Part shown: positions 55,025 through 64,000 of the stretch, in pieces
How the letters are laid out: every line of letters starts with the position of its first letter
Position numbering within the stretch: position 1 is the first letter of the stretch
Assembly: GCF_022539665.2 (NCBI RefSeq)
Contig: NC_081332.1
Span: 3,844,001 to 3,908,000, forward strand
Source of the DNA: Daphnia carinata
Lineage: Eukaryota
Direction: 5' to 3'
Length of the DNA stretch: 64,000 bases
The notes under the pieces: model-generated
Seen by the model: only the letters and a program-made list of their open reading frames with translations
Databases searched by the model: none
Told to the model about the DNA's origin: nothing
Made by a program: the position numbers and the translations under genes

Positions 55025-58000
55025 ATGCAAGAGGACGAATCCAGTCAGGAAAATTTGGAAGCTGGGTTAATGTTCCAAAGTATTTTAGGATTAATTTTTG
55101 GATCAACAGTTATCATTCTGGCTCTGCTGCTGTGTGCGTGCTTCAAAAAAACAAGGGGGTGAGTGCCTTCTTAAATTCATGCTGAAGTTAGTCAACTGTT
55201 GCATGACCGATGATCTAATTGTAGGAATGCTGATCCAGAAGAACATAAGAATGGAAATATCTTTGGGTCATCAAGACATTCAGCCACTCTTGATACTGAG
55301 TTTGACGAAGAAGGCCTTAAAGGAGCTAGAGCGACAAGTCACAGAAGGTTACCTGATCTACCAGATCCTCTACTCAATGGATCAGAAAACCCTGTTGCTC
55401 GTCACAGCAGTGTAAGAAGTAGTCAAGACACCTCTTCGGAACTGTATGCTCAGGTTGAAATTGGAGCAATTGCAAACTCATGTATGTCAGCTAAAATATC
55501 AGTAACCATAACAGATTTATAAGACCTGTTTTCTTCCCTAATATAGTCCCAGTGAATACTAATTTAAATGAAGATTTGGAAGCTTTGAGACTTTCTACGA
55601 CGACTTTTATCACTCAGACGGAAGAAGTACCGGAAAATCACCCGTATGACAAAGTTAAATCTAATCACGGGTACTCCAAAATTAAAAAGAAAGGTATTAG
55701 AAACAGCTTTGGGTAGATGGCGTGGCCTTATTGAGTTTATGTTTTTCGTTGAGTAGCTGAAAATCCTTACGCTAAGGTAAAGCGTAGCGATACTATGGAG
55801 AGTGAACCTGCCGAGGCTGATGAGAACGAGACGGATACAGACAACTACGATGTTGTTTACACAATGCATTCTGTTGATGAAACGAGAAAAACCGAGTCTT
55901 CTCCTAATGGAACAGCTATAATTGGAGCCAACAACGACAGTGCGCCTCCCCCCTTACCTCTTCCTCTTCGAGGCTCTCATAGTAGTTTGGCTAGCGGTGG
56001 TGAATCAAGCAGCCATGGCCCTCGACCACCCCCTCGAGGCAGACGTGGTCACAGCATCATTTTGAGCCATACGTCCTCGAATGGAAACACTCACAGACCC
56101 AATAGTCTGATCTCAAGTGATCAGGATGTAGCTGAACCTGATTCTATCGATGGCGCCGCAGTTGTTCAAGACGACGTCCTTCCCGAAGTACGCGGAACCG
56201 GCGTGGCGCAAGTTCATTTCAGTGGCGATTCTCAAACGTCTCAGGATTCTAGTAAGCTAGAATTGCATCTTTTATCATGATTTTATTAGCATGCATAAAA
56301 ATTATGATTTTACGTAGAGGGTTATTCAAGTATAAGCGTCCGCGAGCCATTGGCCAACTTAAAGGCGTCGAATCCTGGAGTTCAGGTGGGTAGGCAGAGG
56401 ACTGGATCTTCCTCACAACAGCATCGCCATACAGATTCTTTGGATCCTCATTATGCCACCGTTTCGGATGCCGAAGATTCGGATGAGATGTATGCCGCCA
56501 TCGCTGAGTTACAGCCAATATATGACGGAGGCGCTGGCTCTGATACCTACGCCAAAATCAACGAGCGTTCAGAAGCTGTTTCCGCTGCATCAAATAGCGG
56601 AACTGTTGCGCCTGTCGTATCTACTGCCACTGCTGTTTTAACTCTTCCAAGCCCCGCCAGCCCTACAGTCCAGTACTTTCCATCTGAAACGGAGCGAATC
56701 AGTCCGTCACCGGTCCCTCCCACGCCTCCCAGCGTTGTGTCTCTCAAACAGTTATCAACTGGGTCGAGTAGATTACACGGTAAGATTTAGACATACTGAC
56801 ATTGTAAGAAACAAAAACAAAAAAATAGTTAATGACTTTTAAATGTTTCTTTCTTTCCAAATAGCGTCTACATTGAGCATTGCCAGTCAAACATCCATCA
56901 TGGGATCTCCAAAACCGGAAAAGCGACAAGCGAATTCGCCCTTACCACCTCCACCAGTCCCGTTAGATTTGAGCGATAACCTCGATCGGTCTAGAAAATC
57001 TATGAATGTTGAAGAGATGTACGCCAAAGTTATGAAAAAGAAGGGTTTCTCCGTTCACCCGTGGACGGTAGGAGTCGGAGAAACGGGAGCTGGCAAAATG
57101 CAAGCCCATCGGGGGTCCGTCGACCTTGGATTCTTAGTTTCCAGAGAAGGAGAATCGCTTTCGCATAACCCAAGCCGCCGAAATTCCGCAGACTCAACAC
57201 CTCAGTCGTTGAGCATGGATGTTAATGACAATGGACATCAAGGTTGTATTTAAGAGCAGTTTGAGCACATGTTCAGGCCGCTAATAAAATTGAATTGCTC
57301 TGGTTGCTTAGTTGGTGAGGCTCCTGTTCAAGAAATCGTTGCACCCGTTGTTGAGGAAGACGACGACGACGAAGATGATTTTCGGTACGAAATGCTTCCC
57401 GCACCGAGGACGAAGCGAGTCTCTGAAACGGACCCGGGTTACGAAAAGATACAACTCAAAAGTGGCGATTCATTTAACGACCCTCGCTATGAGCGGATTC
57501 ATTTAAGAAACGATGGAGAAACAGAACCAAACTACGAAGTTGTTGGATTCCGGTAATTATCTTAATGATGCGCCACACGTCGTGCAGCGAACGCCTTATT
57601 TATTTGTCATTGTTTTCAATTTTCTTTTTCTTCAACAATAGTAGGATGAGGTTAAGCGAGTCTAGTGAACCCGGTTATGAAATTGTCGAATTGCACCAGA
57701 ACCCAAGTCCAGGATTCAGCCGACAAGATCCAAATTATGAAAGTTTGCATTATTCCGTCCACCACGTCATTTCCGATCCACCATACGCCAGTATTGCAAT
57801 CCGAGATGACGATTTGAAGGAAGGAGAACTGGAAGTTATGACGGAAGAGGTCACGGCTGAGCTAGTCGTCAATAATAACACGGTCGGTATTCCCGTTTAT
57901 GCTCAGGTGATCAAATCGAAGAAAGTGATGGCGCAAACCAACGTCGTCTCGGTTATGGAATCTCCCTTAACATCGCCAGATGAGGTGAATCCATCACCAC

Positions 58001-58152
58001 CAATAAGCATTGAAAATCAAGATTATTCCGTTAGCAGTAGTAGCAAGAATACGACAATCATTCGAATCAGTACTGACAGCCGGCCTCCTATTCGTTACTT
58101 TACCGAAGAGGATAGTTTCGGAGTCGAGTTCGGCGAGCCCGAACAAGTATAG
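55025..58152 (+). CDS. Uncharacterised single-pass membrane adaptor-like protein with a long disordered, Tyr-motif-rich tail. Exons 55025-55158, 55225-55481, 55547-55693, 55757-56251, 56318-56779, 56865-57242, 57312-57552, 57645-58152
   Basis: Eight phase-consistent exons. Short acidic N-terminus, transmembrane segment ILGLIFGSTVIILALLL, then CACFKK, RRLPDLP, many Yxx[V/I/L] motifs and C-terminal EQV. Confidence 0.8.
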
Positions 58153-59980
58153 CCTCAATTAACTTTATGTATTTTTATGAACAGATGAGACGGAAACAAA
58201 CGTAACAAGTCGAAGAATTAATTATGAACAAATGTGATTGGGCCTTATATGTTTGTTTAAGATTACTTTGATACCTAGTGTACAGATTTGGCACAATCGC
58301 AGTGCCATTGTTACATTCGCAATTTATCAAAATTTCGATGCATCGCTCTTATTTTTTATTTTTATCTATTCCAAAACGAAAACAATACTTTTCCTTTTTA
58401 TTCAGGTAACTATATATTTTCTACGTGAAATCGGTTGACCATGTATTTTTTGAGAGTAAAAAAATCCGGTTCTTTATCAATACACTTTTCAAATGTTTTT
58501 GTTACTCCAAAAATTTCTGTTGGAAAGTTTTGGCTCCTCATTTTTCTTTTGTTGATTGTATGGATGGTTACATCATCAGGCCAGTGAAAGTATGGTGAAA
58601 GAAAGTATAAAGTATAGCATTCGAACCTCAAAGCTCGAGCGACCATGTCAAATACGTTTCATCTAAATGATTTAACATCCTTGTCATCGACAAATCTGAT
58701 GAAATGACAAGAAAAAGTTATTATCTTGGGTGTACTGGTATTCATAACCGAGGATGCCAAACTGTTTTTTCTTTTGCTATAAAAAAAAAAATGACTGGAA
58801 CAAATGCTCTAAACCATGAAGATAACAAACGAGCTCGTGTGCAAGAGTCTTCATACTTATTCAAATCGCGATCGTTAACCAGGAGCCCACAGTAAAACCA
58901 TTTTGCTTAGTTTATTTAACGGGTATTAAAAAATGCCAATTAAGAAGGAAAAGTTGTTCAGGTTGTAGTTTGAACCAGACTATTTCGAGATGATTAACGT
59001 TACCAATGTAACTTGCAACCACTGGCTTATGACGTATGTTCGGCATTAACGACTTCCGACTGGATTGGCGCCAAACTAGTTTGCTCTGGGTGGAACCCAT
59101 TGTCTAAGAGTTGAGATTGTGAAGTCATTTGAGTGTCATGATGATACCATTGAATGTTTATGTGCTGCATGAACCGAGCCTTATTTGGACTTGTTTTTAA
59201 TTTATTTTTATCGTAGTTTAAGAGAAACTCTTTTACTTGGTGCAAACATTTTACAACAAAGAAAAAACTGCGTCATTATGTCACTAAAGCATTCCACTAC
59301 ATTATTTGGTAACTGACAGGGGTGTCTGACTGTAAAAAAAGTGCAACACATCAAGACAGCAGCATGCCCAGTTTTGCTGTACCCTTTTCTGGTATTTTAT
59401 AGGCATTTGTTTCTATTGTCTCAAACCCTTTGTTTTCTCAGCAATGCAATTTCACTCCTGATTTGAGTTGCATATTGTGAGATCATCGCAACATCGTATC
59501 ACTTCCGATTTATATCGCAGTAAAAGAAAAAAAAAGCATTAATCTGAACGTGACGACTAGTTTGTAGTGTCTGTGAAACCGACATTTCCCCTCATTCCTC
59601 GCTGTTCAAAAGGAAACGAATTAGGCAAAGAATACTTAATGACACTTGGCAACACCACACACATTGGACAGTGGATGAAAGCGTCAAACTCTAGAAAATG
59701 CCTGTTTTCATTGCGATGCCGTAGATGAATTATTTCTAGAAACGCAAGGAAATCAGTCACTGTGGACTTTCTCTGGAATACATTAAATCTCATTCGTTCG
59801 GTCAATGTGAGTTTTCGTTTGCATCTTTACTGATCCGTGATTGGCATGCCGTAAGCAGACGCCATATTTAAGCTTGTAAAATAAGTTGTAGTCTAATTCT
59901 TGGAGAAATCACATTCTGACATCTTGATTTTGAGAAAAAAATCTTGACATTGATTTGTTCCAACCAAACCTATATTTCAG

Positions 59981-60123
59981 ATGCCGCGTTCTAGGTATTG
60001 CAAATCCAGATCCAGAAGCAGATCCAGATCACCCAGATCCAGGTCACGATCATGGGACAGAGGTAGAGATCGTGACAGGAAAGAAAGACAAGAAAGGAGC
60101 CAGAGGAGGAAGAGCTCTTACAG
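59981..60123 (+). CDS. First coding exon of an RS-domain (SR-like) protein. The rest of the gene is not resolved in this window
   Basis: TTCAG|ATG CCG CGT... encodes MPRSRYCKSRSRSRSRSPRSRSRSWDRGRDRDRKERQERSQRRKSSY and ends at the donor AG|GTATGT (phase 2). Confidence 0.75.
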
Positions 60124-60138
60124 GTATGTTTAAATGCC

Positions 60139-60328
60139 ATATCCTTTCTATCTTTTCTTTTTAATGCAACATGTTAGTTCCTGTGAGAGTAGCAGTGTAA
60201 TGCTGCAATGGTTTTCGTGTGACTCTGATGTCATAGACACCACTTCTGTGTCATGCCTATTGCCATACTCATCGTGAAGGTTACCGTACCTACAAAGGTT
60301 ACTCCTTAATGGTTTTCTCATTGTGTAC
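60139..60328 (+). other. U12-type AT-AC intron nested in the U2-type intron 60124-60335 (twintron)
   Basis: 5' splice site ATATCCTTT (60139-60147), branch point TCCTTAAT (60303-60310), and 3' end TAC at 60328, about 19 nt after the branch A. Confidence 0.65.
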
Positions 60329-63300
60329 GCTTCAGGCTTGTTTTACTATCTCCTCACTTGTACCTTGTCAGCTGGTGAGTCATATTTCATTCTGTGCTTA
60401 CTGAAGAAACACAGTGGCATAACATACTCATTAGGGATTGTTACCAGCATCTTCTTTTTACATAGGCGAAGCAAACATGTTTGGTGCTACCAACACTGGG
60501 CTGGTATTTCAGTTACTTTCATTCATCAAAAGCATTGTAATTACAGAAGATAATGGCTTCAGATTTTTGCAAACTTTGAAACGCATTTTACAGATACGCG
60601 GAAATGATCGAAAAGCGTTAGCTTTTTCTTTTTTTACGATTTCGGCGGTCGTCTTCTTGAACGTTATAAGATGGCGTTGCGTGTTGAATAGTGATATTCC
60701 ATCAGCGAAGGATACTAGGTACGCAAAACTAGCCGCACGAATCGGTCTTCTTACTGTTCACGAAATGGACATTGATTTTTTTATTTTTTACCATTTTGTA
60801 GCAGTCGCAATGCTACGTACGTCTATCGATTCTTATTATTAGAGCCCTTGAGAATGCTAACGAGAGAGACAAGATGCGAATCGATAAGTAAACAGCAGTA
60901 ACAGCAAAACACGACATGTAATAGAGCCGTTTCAAAAATAGCCATTTCCTCCTTGTGCCAGTTTCATTGAAAATGGGGTGGGCGTCCATTTAGCCGAAAG
61001 AAAAAAAAATTCGCATGCCTTATTCGTTATTCCGCATGATTTTCAAGGTAGCGCCCTCCACCTTCCTTTTGACTGGTTTGGTCATGAAAACTTAGAGAAA
61101 CTATGGACAACACGTAGCACGAGAGAAAGTCAAACGGGGGGTGGGTTCACATCGGTTGAAAAGCGTGAGAGATCCTTTTGGTGGTGTGTGTACAGTCATA
61201 ACGTGCGAGCAGCTGGCATTGACCTACTTAAAACGTAAGAGCACTAAAGCAAGTAAACGAGCAAGTGCGAAGGAGCCCAGTGTTGACCGTGATTAATATT
61301 AGCAGATAACTGCGAGAGAAATAAAGGCGACGTGACATGTAAAGGCAACCTGAACGAAGGGATGTGGAGGGTTGGGGTAAAAAGAAAAGCGTGTGTTTCG
61401 TCACACACACACGCAGAGGACACCTCCCGGATCAGACCGCCTTCTTTTTTTGCATCTTATCGGCTAATCCTTTGACACCTCACCGTGTCTTTTGTGTCCA
61501 ACATTCGATTTCGCCGTACTTGACCCGTTTCGTAGATGACAGCGCCACCTTTTATGGGAAATGATTTAACATATTGTTTCGTAAACATCTTGCGTCGTAA
61601 AAGAAGTTTTTGTCGTTTGAGCACAATAGATGCGGCCCCTTCTCCGCCAAACAATGAAAGATTCACTTGATTCGTGACTTTAGGACGCATCGTCTATGTG
61701 TCCCCTAGGCATTTTCTATCAATACGAAATGATGTCGCGGTCGCATCAATAATAATGGTGAATCGCTGCAGCAGCCTCCTCCTCATCGTCCGGCGGGGAT
61801 ACCGCAGTCGCACATAAATTAAAGCGATAGATGTATGTGTTACGGTGTTTTGCGGGGCCCGTAATGGTCTCCCCTCTTGTGTTAGCGATTCTATCCAATT
61901 GTCGGTCTCGTTGTTGTGATATATTTCCCGTTCCGAGTTTACTGGAGCTAGACAACGGGGTCGACACGCAACAAGACGTGCCTACTACCCGCCCCATCGT
62001 ATCATTTAGACTCTTGTACAAACATACGCCAGACATATTTCACCTACATTTTCCGTATTCACGTTTCTTTCTTTTTTGTGTCATACCTCTTAGCTGGCGA
62101 ACCGCATCCCGTAACATGCACCGTATCGTTTCTTTTGTTACGTTCCATAAAAAAGAAAAAAGAATTTCTTTAAGTTTAAAAGCACCCTAAAGCTCAACTT
62201 GGATCGTCCGTTTAATTTTGTTTGTTGTTGACTGTTGCCTGGATGCGGTTCTTCCGAATAAAAAAATAAGAGAAAATAAATAAAAACCCTGGTGAGGCCA
62301 AGGGCATCATAAGAAAATAGGGGATGTGTCATAATGCCTTGCCCGAGTATCCATCAACATCCATCACGGCATCCGTGAGCGAGTAGGTCTAGTTAACACT
62401 GGACAGTCGGGACCCTTTTCGGAAGATGGAGGCAATAGTTTCCAATTACCGAAAGGTTGAATAAAAAAAAAAGGGAGTTGTCTTTTTGCGCCAGGTGCGC
62501 GCGGTCAGCAAGCTTATTTTTGTTGATGTGATCGATTCGTCACGAGCCAAAAGTAGTTTTCATACCATCACGAATGAGGAAGCCCTGAACATTTTTGTTT
62601 CATTTTGTCGGCGATATCCTTGAGACAGAGGCAGTACTCCGAGTAGAAAATCAAGTGTGGTAGTAGTAGCGGCAGCAGCAAAATAGCCGTTTTGGCACAT
62701 TTCCCGTTTCGCTTTATGGGGTCTTACGTGTTCGTTTCAATAGGCGGGGGGTCCCAATTATAAATAAAATAGACGGGATCTCTGACTCATTTTATTTTTA
62801 TTTTTTTTTGCCAAAATTCAAAAAGAAAATGAGTTGCAGATGAATAATCCGATGATTAACCCTGACCGTCTTTTTTCTTCCGTTTTTCTTTTTTTTTTTT
62901 CGGCCGATCTTCACTGCCTTGTACTTTTTCTTCCGGTGTCAGACGATTGATTATTTTTTTTTTTTAAACGGGGGGCCCCCTGAGCGAAAGGTGAGAAGCC
63001 CCTGACAGAGTCATAAAAAAACGCCATCAATTTTTTTTTCTTGTTGTGTGATGATCCTTTAATTTATTCGCAACCATCAAACAATCCGTCGATATTTACA
63101 ACATTCCATACGGTTTTTTACACGATAACAACGATGCAATCTTATCTTTTCCTCATCTCTTTTCGACACGGACGCTCTTGAGCCGCATGTTTTATTTACC
63201 ACTTTGTAGGAAAAGGAATGTTTTGGTTTTTATTTGATTTTATTTAAATTTTAAGTCCCTACCCCCTCCCCTAGACTATGACCAAACACGGTGTTGGGAG

Positions 63301-64000
63301 AAGAAAGAGAGACCCTCTGTGGAAGATGTTCTCCTTCATCCTCCATGGTTTTTAATGTTTTTACCCTTGAGGCAGAATTTACAATACCACCTCTAGAGAA
63401 GCACAAGTTTGTGTTGTAGTCGATGCAAATATGACGTACGATCATTTATTATTCTTCTACAATTTGTTTAATGTTATTGTCAAGTTCAAGGCACACGTAA
63501 ATCGCAAAAAAAAACAAAAATTCTTATTTATTTTGAATCGTCTAATACTTTTTCGGGATTCAGAAACAGCACGCCGACAATATTTTCGTTGTCATTTGTT
63601 TTGAAAAAAAAAAAAAGAAATGGTTGCTAATGCAAATAGGGATTCCCTCCTAAACCTGTTCCCTCGCGGCAAGATTTGAATCTCTTTCGACTTGAACTTG
63701 CACATCTGGAAAACGTTGGCGGACACTTTCACTCCCGTAAAGATTCAAACGCACAGGCAAGACACACAACACGCACACATACAAGCGTCCAGGTGTTGTC
63801 GAGTCCCGCCTCCTCGAAACAGCCGAAGACCAATAGCCGCTGCCCAAGAAGGAGAGTCCGGGGCCACGCCAGGTGCCTTTGGGGTAGACGGTGGGTTGTA
63901 GTGATAGCCGAGTCGCTACGTCGATATCGTTCCATTCGGACGTGTTCACTCCCGAATGAAGAACGAACTCGACGCATTATTTTTTTGCATCCATGTTGAC

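Noticed and set aside
58900..59250. Minus-strand ORFs 59027-59245 and 58912-59100, and a C-box-like ATGATGA near 59139
   Set aside because: No recognisable domain, and no suitably placed D box or terminal stem.
62614..62622. Second U12-like donor ATATCCTTG
   Set aside because: Imperfect match, and I found no paired branch point or adjacent exon.
63650..64000. GC-richer overlapping ORFs at the window end
   Set aside because: Could be a further exon of the RS-domain gene, but no frame or splice model can be supported here.

Overview
This is intron-rich eukaryotic (arthropod) DNA. The many 55-70 nt introns and the protein sequences suggest a cladoceran such as Daphnia (inference). The supplied ORF track is mostly fragments of spliced genes, which I reassembled by hand using splice sites and reading phase. 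Gene order: two tandem apolipoprotein D lipocalins (+), a DHX9/maleless-like DExH helicase (-), proteasome ATPase PSMC1/Rpt2 (+), a CP2/TFCP2 (gemini-like) transcription factor (-), carnosine N-methyltransferase (-), a quiver/sleepless Ly6 protein (+), nuclear receptor HR3 (-), V-ATPase subunit H (+), an uncharacterised tyrosine-motif-rich single-pass membrane adaptor (+), and the 5' end of an RS-domain gene (+). The two most interesting signals concern the minor spliceosome and are invisible in the ORF track. (1) A U4atac snRNA gene with its own PSE-like promoter lies antisense inside the longest helicase intron I mapped (about 10631-10770). (2) An apparently complete U12-type AT-AC intron (60139-60328) is nested just inside a U2-type GT-AG intron (60124-60335) of the RS-domain gene. 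In this twintron, the minor-spliceosome choice adds an in-frame stop, making it a candidate major/minor splicing switch. Other points: three parallel HR3 N-terminal exons, a cluster of IR1 ecdysone-response elements in HR3, and a phase-mismatched 260-codon upstream exon in the CP2 gene that ends in an ATGA stop-start overlap. No database searches or folding programs were run. Family calls rest on recalled motifs.
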